DNA of 64,000 bases from the sequence record MW882907; one strand, given 5' to 3'. Shown here one piece after another: positions 48,166-56,890 of this stretch. Below the pieces are notes generated by a model. It saw nothing but the letters and a program-made list of their open reading frames with translations. It made no database searches and had not been told where the DNA came from. Both the position numbers and the translations under genes were made by a program. The DNA comes from Escherichia phage vB_EcoM_SQ17. The stretch's first letter is position 1. Each line of letters opens with the position of its first letter.

Positions 48166-48704
48166 AACTCATACGCCTGGAATGCATCGTATACGTCTTT
48201 TTCTGTTTTAGATTGGGCGTAATTCAACGCATCAGCGATTTGCCATTTTTCTGCATCTTCAACATGTTTAGCGTATGTGCGTTTAACATAAGGAGAAAGT
48301 ACTTTATCTACATTAGCAAATGTAGTTCCGCCGTACTGGTGTGAAGCAACTTGTGCAGTAATTTGTGCCATAATTGCAGTAGCAACACCAATCGATTTAG
48401 GCGTTTCAATTTGAGCATTACCTAGCTTAAATCCGTTTTCAAGCATTCCTTTTAAATCTACTAAACAACAATTAGTAAATGGAAGAGCAGGGGAATAATC
48501 AATATCATGGAAATGGATAATTCCACTTTCATGTGCTTTCATAATAAAAGACGGGACCATATTTTTGGCAATGTGCTTAGACACAATACCAGCCATAAGG
48601 TCCCGTTGAGTTGGAAAAACACGAGAATCTTTATTAGCATTCTCGTTCAAAAGATCTTTATTAGTTTTATGAATTAATCCTTCAATTTCTTTTTCAATTT
48701 TCAT
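48159..48704 (-). CDS. nrdD: anaerobic ribonucleotide reductase NrdD, exon 1 (5' splice boundary approximate)
   Basis: 181 aa N-terminal segment; in-frame stop at 48159-48161 lies inside the intron; start abuts gene 49 stop. Confidence 0.7.
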   Translation of the reverse strand: MKIEKEIEGLIHKTNKDLLNENANKDSRVFPTQRDLMAGIVSKHIAKNMVPSFIMKAHESGIIHFHDIDYSPALPFTNCCLVDLKGMLENGFKLGNAQIETPKSIGVATAIMAQITAQVASHQYGGTTFANVDKVLSPYVKRTYAKHVEDAEKWQIADALNYAQSKTEKDVYDAFQAYELI

Positions 48705-49174
48705 TTTAAACTCTTTTTAAGCTGCTTTTTGAATGAAGCTATTAATTGTGTTTTGGTATCAGATTCATTATATTCAAATCCTCTTTGAAGCATCTCAGCC
48801 ATCATTTCCTCTTTACCTAGTCTTGAGAACTCTTTAGTTTTGTCTGGAACAAAATTAGGATGGATATTATTATCAGAATAATCTTGTTTCAAATAAGCAA
48901 GAAGAGCTTCAAGCCATTCGAGGTAGTCGACATCACGTCCTTTAAGACCGGAACGGTTGAACTTATGCTTCATTTGACCTTCTGCTGCATTGCACAGATT
49001 ACAGAGTAACCCACGAACTCTACCTGCTTTTGGCCCGTTTAATTCATGGTCGTGGTCAAGATGGTTACCTTGAACATCAGGGTCTAATTCACGGTGGCAA
49101 ATAGGACACTTACCATTCTGTGCATCATAAAATTTTTGTTTTTCTTCTTTGTATAATTTGCCAGATAATAACAT
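48701..49174 (-). CDS. 49: endonuclease VII (Holliday junction resolvase)
   Basis: 157 aa; nearly identical to remembered T4 gp49 (MLLTGKLYKEEKQKFYDAQNGKC..., zinc-binding CxxC pairs). Confidence 0.9.
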   Translation of the reverse strand: MLLSGKLYKEEKQKFYDAQNGKCPICHRELDPDVQGNHLDHDHELNGPKAGRVRGLLCNLCNAAEGQMKHKFNRSGLKGRDVDYLEWLEALLAYLKQDYSDNNIHPNFVPDKTKEFSRLGKEEMMAEMLQRGFEYNESDTKTQLIASFKKQLKKSLK

Positions 49175-49202
49175 AATAAACCCTTACCATATTAGATAAG
49201 GG

Positions 49203-49210
49203 TATTTATA
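49203..49210 (-). promoter_or_regulatory. T4 late promoter TATAAATA upstream of gene 49
   Basis: minus strand TATAAATA about 30 nt upstream of the gene 49 ATG. Confidence 0.45.
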
Positions 49211-49212
49211 AT

Positions 49213-49392
49213 TTAATAAATGTTATAAAAGTCACGATGGAAACGTTTGTATTGGCGAATCATTCTTTTAGTAGGACGTGTTACCGAAATGATTGAAGTC
49301 CTCATGTTCGGATTGTTTGGAGCACCAATTATAACAAATTTCCAAGATTTTTGTCCGTTTGTTCTTTCGCCAAAAAATAATGCAGTTTTCAT
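49213..49392 (-). CDS. small basic protein (59 aa), paralog of 49817-49987; absent from ORF track
   Basis: hand translation MKTALFFGERTNGQKSWKFVIIGAPNNPNMRTSIISVTRPTKRMIRQYKRFHRDFYNIY; shares TNG/KNG ... RPTKR..R..KR.HR.FY with its paralog. Confidence 0.45.
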   Translation of the reverse strand: MKTALFFGERTNGQKSWKFVIIGAPNNPNMRTSIISVTRPTKRMIRQYKRFHRDFYNIY

Positions 49393-49401
49393 AATAAGCC
49401 C

Positions 49402-49815
49402 TTAACTTAAACGTCTTTCTAAATATTCAATGTATTCCGCTGCGGCTTGCATCAGATTACCTTCATAACCGTCATTATTTTCTTGGGCGGCTAATTTAGC
49501 TAAAGCATAAGAAATACGTTCACCTTCGAATTCGCCAAGTCCACCATCACAAACTACTTGGTCAATTTCTTCGAGTTCATCTATTGAATGGGATTCCCAG
49601 AAGCACCAAAGAGAAGTATCACGGTCATAGATGCAAAGTTTCTCACCTGTGTTCAACATCACTTCGATAATGCCATGGTCGCCATAACCATCTTCGGTAG
49701 TAGTACCAATTACCTTGATGATCGTATCTTTCTTTAATTCAGGAAACTTATCTTGGAGTTCTTCGTCTTCTTTAACAATCTTGAACCATTTACCGCGAGT
49801 TTCAGAAATATTCAT
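49402..49815 (-). CDS. hypothetical acidic protein
   Basis: start set to internal ATG at 49813-49815 (MNISETRGKWFK...); flanked by the two small basic paralogs. Confidence 0.5.
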   Translation of the reverse strand: MNISETRGKWFKIVKEDEELQDKFPELKKDTIIKVIGTTTEDGYGDHGIIEVMLNTGEKLCIYDRDTSLWCFWESHSIDELEEIDQVVCDGGLGEFEGERISYALAKLAAQENNDGYEGNLMQAAAEYIEYLERRLS

Positions 49816-49816
49816 A

Positions 49817-49987
49817 TCAATATTCTCTATAAAAGTTACGATGAGAACGTTTAGCTTTGCGAAGCTGACGTTTAGTAGGACGAACTGTAAATGGTTGTCC
49901 AGAGAAAAAATTCGGATCGGTTTTAATAAGCAAATACCAATCATGCTTGCCATTTTTTAATAAACGGTATAATAATTTAACTTGCAT
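49817..49987 (-). CDS. small basic protein (56 aa), paralog of 49213-49392
   Basis: start set to ATG at 49985-49987 (MQVKLLYRLLKNGKHDWYLLIKTDPNFFSGQPFTVRPTKRQLRKAKRSHRNFYREY). Confidence 0.45.
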   Translation of the reverse strand: MQVKLLYRLLKNGKHDWYLLIKTDPNFFSGQPFTVRPTKRQLRKAKRSHRNFYREY

Positions 49988-50115
49988 AATAATCTCTTCC
50001 CATTTCCATATCAATTAATTCATTTATTGAAGGTTCATCATAACACGTTTCTTCGTCATTGTAAACTGTTTCGACGTCTGGCTCGACTGTCTCCCATCGA
50101 GCCGAATACCACGGT

Positions 50116-50472
50116 TTAACCCCGGAGTTTATTGAGCTCTTCATAATCAATCCAGGATTCTAGCCCTGACGGCAGGTCACATTCAATGTTCCACAGAAGC
50201 TCTTCAATGGCTTGCAGGCGATTATATTCTTCAACGGTAATGGTAACCATTGGTGCAACCGGTTCTGCCTTTTTAACCATCATATCGTTCATCAGGACGT
50301 AAAGGTCATCACGAACAACAGTGTCGCTCCAACCCCATGATTTGGCTTCGTAAGCTAATGATGAAGGGAGCACATTTAAAACTTCAATAATAGTTGGAGC
50401 ATCAGGACCAAGTTCATTGGCACAAACTTCGTATACATCTTGGAAATCTTTAAGATTTAATGAATATGTCAT
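50116..50472 (-). CDS. hypothetical protein
   Basis: 118 aa ORF directly downstream of nrdC. Confidence 0.5.
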   Translation of the reverse strand: MTYSLNLKDFQDVYEVCANELGPDAPTIIEVLNVLPSSLAYEAKSWGWSDTVVRDDLYVLMNDMMVKKAEPVAPMVTITVEEYNRLQAIEELLWNIECDLPSGLESWIDYEELNKLRG

Positions 50473-50732
50473 TTAAAATATTCTCGTAGTTGGTCAAAGC
50501 CACCGATCGAAGTTCCATCAGGAGCAAACACTTGAGGCATAGTCAATCCGACTTGTGATTCACGTCCAAGCTTAACCAGAAGCTCAGCAATTTTCTCATC
50601 ATCAAAAACACCTTTTTCCGGCATAACATTAATGAATTCGAATGGTTGTTTCTTAACAGTCAGCAATCGTTTCGCATTATCACAATAAATGCATTTATGA
50701 ATAGTAGAGTCATACCCGTACACTTTAAACAT
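50469..50732 (-). CDS. nrdC: phage thioredoxin/glutaredoxin NrdC
   Basis: start set to MFKVYGYD; near-identical to remembered T4 NrdC including the CIYC active site. Confidence 0.85.
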   Translation of the reverse strand: MFKVYGYDSTIHKCIYCDNAKRLLTVKKQPFEFINVMPEKGVFDDEKIAELLVKLGRESQVGLTMPQVFAPDGTSIGGFDQLREYFK

Positions 50733-51138
50733 TATTTTTCCTTTCATCGATTAAATATGCAATGCCAAATACAATACATGTAATAAAACCTGTGATACAG
50801 ATAGAAACCAACAACACTGTACCAAAGAACCAAATCAAGTTATCTTTAGTAGTTTGTTTGATATCCATCTCACGAATTTCTATAGCTATCGTATCACCTT
50901 TATTCAGAAGCGTATAAAACGATGGCGATACACGCATGTCAAAAACTCGTCCTTGCTCATCTTTATAGACTGCAATAAATTCTAATTTAGAATATTTTCC
51001 TGTAGATTGGCCTGAGATTAATTCCACTACCTCCACAGGAATTACTTTAGTTTCCATGTAAGTATTCTGGCTGTTCCAAATGAATGGAATGATGGCAAAA
51101 ACTAAAGCTGCAATAAAACAACGAAGGCTATATCTCAT
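50725..51138 (-). CDS. membrane protein
   Basis: 137 aa with N- and C-terminal hydrophobic segments. Confidence 0.5.
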   Translation of the reverse strand: MRYSLRCFIAALVFAIIPFIWNSQNTYMETKVIPVEVVELISGQSTGKYSKLEFIAVYKDEQGRVFDMRVSPSFYTLLNKGDTIAIEIREMDIKQTTKDNLIWFFGTVLLVSICITGFITCIVFGIAYLIDERKNNV

Positions 51139-51443
51139 TATAATGTTCTCTCAAATTTGTGGAAGCATTTACGGCATTTCAATTTCAAGTTATCGGTGGT
51201 CCAGTTAACCAGCTGGACTTGGATAGTTCCACATTCCGGGCATGGATGTTTTGCTGCCGATTTGGCAGCATTTTCACGTCGTTCAACCATTTTCATTATT
51301 TCGTTCCATGCCGGAGGAACGAACTCTTCTTCACCGTGGATTTTATCTCGCTGAACAAATTCAATCTTTGAACTATCGTCAATAAACTTAACCAAGCCAT
51401 GATTAGTGCTCATATCAATATCCTCTAAAAGACGTAGTTTCAT
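51138..51443 (-). CDS. zinc-ribbon protein
   Basis: 101 aa; CPECG ... CRKC four-cysteine ribbon at the C-terminus. Confidence 0.5.
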   Translation of the reverse strand: MKLRLLEDIDMSTNHGLVKFIDDSSKIEFVQRDKIHGEEEFVPPAWNEIMKMVERRENAAKSAAKHPCPECGTIQVQLVNWTTDNLKLKCRKCFHKFERTL

Positions 51444-52393
51444 TATAACACCTCAATGACATTTCGTAAACCATCAGCTTTTGCATTCAGAGCTTTTAAT
51501 GATTTAGTTTGTTTTGCAATCTGGGCTTCGACTTCTTTCAGACGAGATTTGAGATATTCGCGTTCTTCTCTTAAATTATCAACTTTTTCTACTTTAGGTT
51601 CTTTAATAGGCTTAGGCTTATACTCGTTAGGGTTCTTCAACTTAATTTGAATGCGAGAACTGTATAACATTGAATCGTTATCTTCGGATTCGTCGAACGT
51701 TTCAACAACATCCATAGTCTCTAACAATGTAATAAGTTTATAAGACAACGAACGAATAGTTTTGTTGTGCTTATTAATTTCTTCGGCTTTCATGGTACCG
51801 AGATTACGTGAGTAGTAATAAGGAACCTGGATATCAATTGACAATGATGCGTTACCATTACCAGTTGGTTTGAATACTGCAGTAACCCAATCTTTAACAT
51901 GAACTTTATTTGTACGACCATCACCGCCTGTGAATAATTTACGTGAATGTTTAAAAAGCATATTCACTTGATTATTAAATTCACAAGCAAATTTATCAGC
52001 AAATTTAGTTTCAGGAATGGTAGATAACCAATCAGCCAAATGAGTCTTTTTAACATCATTAACAATAGTGAATTCAACCAAATCGGTTTTAGATGTCACA
52101 GATTTAATAAAGCTCGGCTTCATAAAGTTTTTAATGTTATCGCGAGCTACAGTAGAAGATAATAAACGAGAACGTTTGAACCATTGAAGCAGTGTCCCTA
52201 ATGAATGAGAATATGCATTCTGAGTATCTTTACAGATATGATTTTCTTGGCCTGTGTATGTACCAAAATCGCGAAGAATACCACTTACTACAACTCGGTG
52301 TGGAACATCAAATCCTAATGAACCAGAAGCACGTTGGGCATGAACGTTAGCGATAAGACCTGCAAAATAATCAATGTAATGTGAACGTGTCAT
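51443..52393 (-). CDS. hypothetical protein with C-terminal coiled coil
   Basis: 316 aa; heptad-rich C-terminal 60 aa; own early promoter. Confidence 0.5.
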   Translation of the reverse strand: MTRSHYIDYFAGLIANVHAQRASGSLGFDVPHRVVVSGILRDFGTYTGQENHICKDTQNAYSHSLGTLLQWFKRSRLLSSTVARDNIKNFMKPSFIKSVTSKTDLVEFTIVNDVKKTHLADWLSTIPETKFADKFACEFNNQVNMLFKHSRKLFTGGDGRTNKVHVKDWVTAVFKPTGNGNASLSIDIQVPYYYSRNLGTMKAEEINKHNKTIRSLSYKLITLLETMDVVETFDESEDNDSMLYSSRIQIKLKNPNEYKPKPIKEPKVEKVDNLREEREYLKSRLKEVEAQIAKQTKSLKALNAKADGLRNVIEVL

Positions 52394-52420
52394 AATATTT
52401 TCCTCTCGTTAAGATAGAAA

Positions 52421-52450
52421 GATTATACTCCAACCATCCTTGGTTGTAAA
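52421..52450 (-). promoter_or_regulatory. early promoter cassette, near-identical copy of 9705-9734
   Basis: minus strand GTTTAC-aaccaaggatggttggag-TATAAT with the same flanking leader as the copy at 9.7 kb. Confidence 0.55.
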
Positions 52451-52455
52451 CTGAT

Positions 52456-53391
52456 TTATGATTTTAATGCATTCATTGCGTTAAAAAGTTTAGAGTACTG
52501 CAACTGGAGCTTGGTAACTACTTGTTGAGCATCACGAAGCTTAGCTTGTGCTTTGTCAAGTTCAACAGACAGTTGGTCCACAGTGGCTTTGATTTGATTA
52601 TAATAGTAATCTTCGGCAGGAAGAAGACCGTTAGAGATTTCCAGTTTAGTCGACGGTGAAGTGTATATAGATGGAGCAGTAAAATATGCACCTTGAACTT
52701 CAGCATTGCCAATTGGGGTTGTAGTAATTGACGCTTCGAACGTTGCATTTTCCTTTTTAAGATTTTGATAGTATTCAGAGTCTTTGTGCCACCATGGCGC
52801 AGGAACCTTTTTACCAATAGATACACGAGCCTGGATAGCGATATGGCCCTTATTCTTGATAGGGTTGATAATATTAAGCTCACGAGAATAAATTGCTTTA
52901 ATCTGGTGGATATTATCACCTAACACTTCCAACGCTTGGTGGAATACACGAGCAACGTTATCATTCTTAGGTTTATACGTAAGAGTGAACTCGTTCTCAC
53001 TGATAACCATGATTTCTAACTTATCGTAAGTATATTTCAAATGTTTCATGTTAATTGCTTGAGGACGAATACGAGAAGCAATGGCCATCAGATTGTTAAG
53101 GTTATTCCTGAACTGCTTAGCGAAATATTGTCCTTCACCGCCAATACAAAAATTACGAAGTTTCTGTTTGGCTAATAAACGGCTGAACTCACCATTTTTA
53201 ATGAACTCTTTAACGGGTGTGTTAGTAACGCATTCAAATTGAGTAAACTTACGAGAATTAATCCCATAATATGAACAGATTTCCTCAATCTCTTCAGGAG
53301 TCTTTACAGGCATACGGATAGGATTAGGTCCTGGGGTATATGCGTTCGAGGTAAATTCTTTGATAAGTTCTCTACGTGTAATAGAAGCCAT
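52456..53391 (-). CDS. hypothetical protein with C-terminal coiled coil
   Basis: 311 aa; C-terminal VDQLSVELDKAQAKLRDAQQVVTKLQLQYSKL. Confidence 0.5.
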   Translation of the reverse strand: MASITRRELIKEFTSNAYTPGPNPIRMPVKTPEEIEEICSYYGINSRKFTQFECVTNTPVKEFIKNGEFSRLLAKQKLRNFCIGGEGQYFAKQFRNNLNNLMAIASRIRPQAINMKHLKYTYDKLEIMVISENEFTLTYKPKNDNVARVFHQALEVLGDNIHQIKAIYSRELNIINPIKNKGHIAIQARVSIGKKVPAPWWHKDSEYYQNLKKENATFEASITTTPIGNAEVQGAYFTAPSIYTSPSTKLEISNGLLPAEDYYYNQIKATVDQLSVELDKAQAKLRDAQQVVTKLQLQYSKLFNAMNALKS

Positions 53392-53417
53392 TTTATATTC
53401 CTCATGTTGAAAAATTT

Positions 53418-53446
53418 ATTATACTCCAACCATCCTTGGTTGTACA
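53418..53446 (-). promoter_or_regulatory. early promoter cassette with inverted-repeat spacer (-35 TGTACA, -10 TATAAT)
   Basis: minus strand TGTACA-accaaggatggttggag-TATAAT upstream of ORF 52456-53391. Confidence 0.5.
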
Positions 53447-54442
53447 TCATTCCTTAAGAAGTTTTACTACTTGAATAAGATTAGCTCGTTCCGTTTTATT
53501 TTTACCATTTAAGCCTGCTAATCGTGAGATTTCATCGTCAGTCTGTTGAATAGTTACATTAAGTTCGTTAATCAAAGCTTCAAAGTATTTGATTTGCTCA
53601 GCATGTTTTGATTCAAATTTCTGAACCGGAATAACGTCTTGGTTTAGTTCATCAATAAGGTCTTTAAGAGCATCTTCTTGGTTGATATCATATTCAACTT
53701 CTTTTATTTCTTCAACGAGCTCGTCTTTATATCTAACGTCTTTTAGTCCTGGTGCTGGTCCTGAAATCTCTTCTTTAAGAGTACAAACATATCCAATACG
53801 GTATCCAATGCCGTCTCGCTTGATAACAACTTCGTCGATAAATCCACAATGTTTAAGACCAGAGCCGATTAGGTCAAAATATCCTTGACGTCGTCCTTCA
53901 AACGTTACACGAACTACTAAGACAGTTTTACCTGCAACCTTTTGAAGCTCACATTTATAAAAGTCTGTTGAACCTGAATAACGTGGATGAGTTTTAAAGT
54001 TCATCTGACGATCTAGGCCCATTTGTAAGCGTGCTGATACGGCCATAAAACGTGTTTGGTTCTCGTTAAGATGAGCAACAATCCATTTCAAAGGCATTTT
54101 ACACTGTTCACGACCGAACAAATCAGTACGTCCTAGATTACGCAGAATGTTGTTAGAGTTAATCATCGACAGAACGTTAAGTTTATTCAGCGCGCTGAAG
54201 ATTCCATCGGCCATTGATTTTCCGTAACCTTTACACGCTTTAATAAGCGCTCGCGGTAGATTAGTATAAATTTCAGACGGCATATGAAAATCAAATTTAC
54301 TAGTCAGTAATTGATGAACTTGGATAGCAATTTGCTCATAATTAAGTGCTCTGCGATCATTATGGTCTTTAAACCATACTTTAATCTGTGAAGCACATAA
54401 ACCGTTAATTTCATGTTTTACCGCATCAGATGTAATGCTCAT
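53447..54442 (-). CDS. hypothetical protein with C-terminal coiled coil
   Basis: 331 aa ORF. Confidence 0.5.
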   Translation of the reverse strand: MSITSDAVKHEINGLCASQIKVWFKDHNDRRALNYEQIAIQVHQLLTSKFDFHMPSEIYTNLPRALIKACKGYGKSMADGIFSALNKLNVLSMINSNNILRNLGRTDLFGREQCKMPLKWIVAHLNENQTRFMAVSARLQMGLDRQMNFKTHPRYSGSTDFYKCELQKVAGKTVLVVRVTFEGRRQGYFDLIGSGLKHCGFIDEVVIKRDGIGYRIGYVCTLKEEISGPAPGLKDVRYKDELVEEIKEVEYDINQEDALKDLIDELNQDVIPVQKFESKHAEQIKYFEALINELNVTIQQTDDEISRLAGLNGKNKTERANLIQVVKLLKE

Positions 54443-54504
54443 AACTATTTCCTCAGATTGAATTGGAACTCAAAACCATTATAACCCGTCCTTGGGTAAA
54501 GCGT

Positions 54505-55032
54505 TTATGCGTGAACCGTCTTTAAACGTTCTTCAAATTTCCGAAGAGTACTAATACGTTCTGCTTTCTGTTTTGTATAGTTTGCAATACGTTCTGAAGT
54601 GAGAGCGTATCGTTCATTTACTGTTTCTTTCATGAAGTCAGGGATTTCACGAGAAGCTTTAATTTCATCAAACTTATCGAGTACTGCCTGGTCTTCAGCG
54701 ATTAAATTTTCGTACATCTCGATATCTTTCTTGATAAACTCGATATCTTCCTGTGTTACTTTGGATAAACGAGATGCTTTATCCTTTTTGTACTGCTCGT
54801 TAGTTTCACGAGACCAGAATAATGTACGTTTTTTGTTAGTGTTTTTGTAGACTTCCACAATTCCAACTGAATCGATGATAGCAATCCAATTCCAGCGAGA
54901 TTTGAAAATCTGACCTCCGTCCACGGTAATCTCGTTACCATAAGCAACGTCATTAAAGAACTTGCTTTGTGCTTCAGATTTAAATTTACCGTCGTTATAA
55001 TTTACCAGGTTGAAAATATCTTTAGCGTTCAT
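54505..55032 (-). CDS. hypothetical protein
   Basis: 175 aa ORF. Confidence 0.5.
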   Translation of the reverse strand: MNAKDIFNLVNYNDGKFKSEAQSKFFNDVAYGNEITVDGGQIFKSRWNWIAIIDSVGIVEVYKNTNKKRTLFWSRETNEQYKKDKASRLSKVTQEDIEFIKKDIEMYENLIAEDQAVLDKFDEIKASREIPDFMKETVNERYALTSERIANYTKQKAERISTLRKFEERLKTVHA

Positions 55033-55090
55033 GTTTTACCTCCAGTAGTTGATAGGTCTATAATAACATAACCATAGACCTTGTAAACAA

Positions 55091-55480
55091 CTAAAAGAAA
55101 CTTTTTTCGGTATTTTTTCCACTGAACCAAACCGATTTAGGAATTTTCTGTAATTTTTCAGATTTAAGTTTCTCTTCCTGTTCTTTCTTGTATGCATCCT
55201 TGTCGTACTGGAACAACTCTAGGGCATTCTTTTGTAGACGGTCTAAGGTAATTAAGGCTTTAGTTTTTCCTTTCAAGGAAGAGTCCTGGCGAACCTCCTC
55301 GCTATATTGCATCGTAGAACTAACCATACGATGAGCATACAGTTCGACTGCGGCTTTAATTTTTTGCATAAAATCCATAACATAGCCCTCTTTGATTTGT
55401 ACAACATTATTTTTAAATATTTCTATGCCCTCAGTAGGTTCCTGGTGTCCTTCTTTGAGGTAAGCCATATGATTATTCAT
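55091..55480 (-). CDS. hypothetical protein
   Basis: 129 aa ORF. Confidence 0.45.
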   Translation of the reverse strand: MNNHMAYLKEGHQEPTEGIEIFKNNVVQIKEGYVMDFMQKIKAAVELYAHRMVSSTMQYSEEVRQDSSLKGKTKALITLDRLQKNALELFQYDKDAYKKEQEEKLKSEKLQKIPKSVWFSGKNTEKSFF

Positions 55481-55517
55481 CTTTATGGCTTTTGTTACCT
55501 CAGAACTTCCTATAAGC

Positions 55518-56519
55518 TTATTTCAGTAAAGTAACTTCAGAGATTTCCTCCCAACCATCTTTATCAGTTGAAATAAAATCTGCTACGTAAAGAGCCGTAC
55601 GTAATGATACATTGCGAAGACGAGATACGTTAGCCTTCATCCAGGACAATGCTTTATACGTTTCTGCATCTGTCAGACCACGTTTCTGCATCATGTCAGT
55701 AGATAATATTACATCTTCAACTCGAACCATAATCTCTTCATTAGAGTGTACTCCAAGGTCGAGATACACTGAACGAGATACTAAAGCTTGAAGGTGTGGG
55801 GCAAGTTTCGAACCGCGTTCTAACTCTTTATCGATATCAACGTTTGTAATGAAAACGATAGTACCTTCAAACTCAAATTCTTTATCAATACCCTTATCAT
55901 CGAGATAAGATGACGCAGTGCTCCAACAAACTTTGCGTTTATCTCCAGTATCTAATGCTGCTTTAAGAAGGTTCAAGATGTCCATATCTGAGAATACGTC
56001 AACGTCGTCGATTAAGAGAACGCTGTCTGCATCACGGTTGAGCCAAAGTTGTTCGTAAAGGCCAATACCAGAGATTTTACCATTAATGCTTTTGTATTTG
56101 ATGAAACCGTTATCATTAGCATTATTAAGTGCTTTATCCAGAGAATACGTCTTACCAATACCAGCTGCACCTGAAATAATGAGTGAACGAATTTTGCCAT
56201 CGATAATGCCATTCGTCATCATGTTCATTACTTTAAAGCGTTTGTTGATACGAGTTTTCATATCTTCAGTGCTTTCAACAACTGCAACTGGTGATGTCTC
56301 AGCTCCTTCCATTATGATGTCTGATTTGAAGACCCATACTCCACGTTCAGAACCATCGATCATAACGAAAATTTTACCGTCACCTAAGTGGGAACATTCA
56401 GGATTAAGCTTTGCCGGGAACCATGTCTTTGTGGCAACATAAGAACCAGAGATTTCGTTATTACGATAGATACCTTTTTTGATTTGAACGTTGAACATTT
56501 TATTCTCCAATTTACTCAT
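55518..56519 (-). CDS. P-loop ATPase (AAA-like)
   Basis: 333 aa; Walker A GAAGIGKT and Walker B LLIDDVD. Confidence 0.6.
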   Translation of the reverse strand: MSKLENKMFNVQIKKGIYRNNEISGSYVATKTWFPAKLNPECSHLGDGKIFVMIDGSERGVWVFKSDIIMEGAETSPVAVVESTEDMKTRINKRFKVMNMMTNGIIDGKIRSLIISGAAGIGKTYSLDKALNNANDNGFIKYKSINGKISGIGLYEQLWLNRDADSVLLIDDVDVFSDMDILNLLKAALDTGDKRKVCWSTASSYLDDKGIDKEFEFEGTIVFITNVDIDKELERGSKLAPHLQALVSRSVYLDLGVHSNEEIMVRVEDVILSTDMMQKRGLTDAETYKALSWMKANVSRLRNVSLRTALYVADFISTDKDGWEEISEVTLLK

Positions 56520-56567
56520 TTCGTTTCGATAGGTCTATAATAACATGTTTAAAGCAAAAGTAAACAA

Positions 56568-56783
56568 TTATTTGCGACGAGATTTTTTGGTAAGAGGTTG
56601 AAAGAACACTGCTTTACCTGCAGGAGTCAAAGTAACTCGTAATGCATTACCTATTCCCAAGGATGCTTTAACTAAACCTTTAGCTTTCAGTTCACCGAAT
56701 GCTTGACGCTGGTCTGCATCACGAGTGTTAACCATAAGACCTTTATCACCTGCTTCACGAATCATTTCTAACATTTTGGTTTT
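56568..56783 (-). CDS. hypothetical protein (71 aa)
   Basis: start set to internal ATG (MKTKMLEMIREAG...) preceded by CAAGAGGAGAA; the ORF-track extension runs through the promoter. Confidence 0.45.
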   Translation of the reverse strand, partial: KTKMLEMIREAGDKGLMVNTRDADQRQAFGELKAKGLVKASLGIGNALRVTLTPAGKAVFFQPLTKKSRRK

Positions 56784-56871
56784 CATTTTGTTCTCCTCTT
56801 GTTTTGATAGGTCTATAATAACATATCCTAAAAGCATGTACACTACTTTTTAAAAATATTTTGACCCCCTA

Positions 56872-56889
56872 AAGGGCCCGAAGGCCCTT
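56872..56889 (-). terminator. terminator-like hairpin (AAGGGCC-TTCG-GGCCCTT) without an immediate U-run
   Basis: perfect 7-bp stem and tetraloop immediately after the stop of ORF 56891-57880. Confidence 0.35.
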
Positions 56890-56890
56890 A

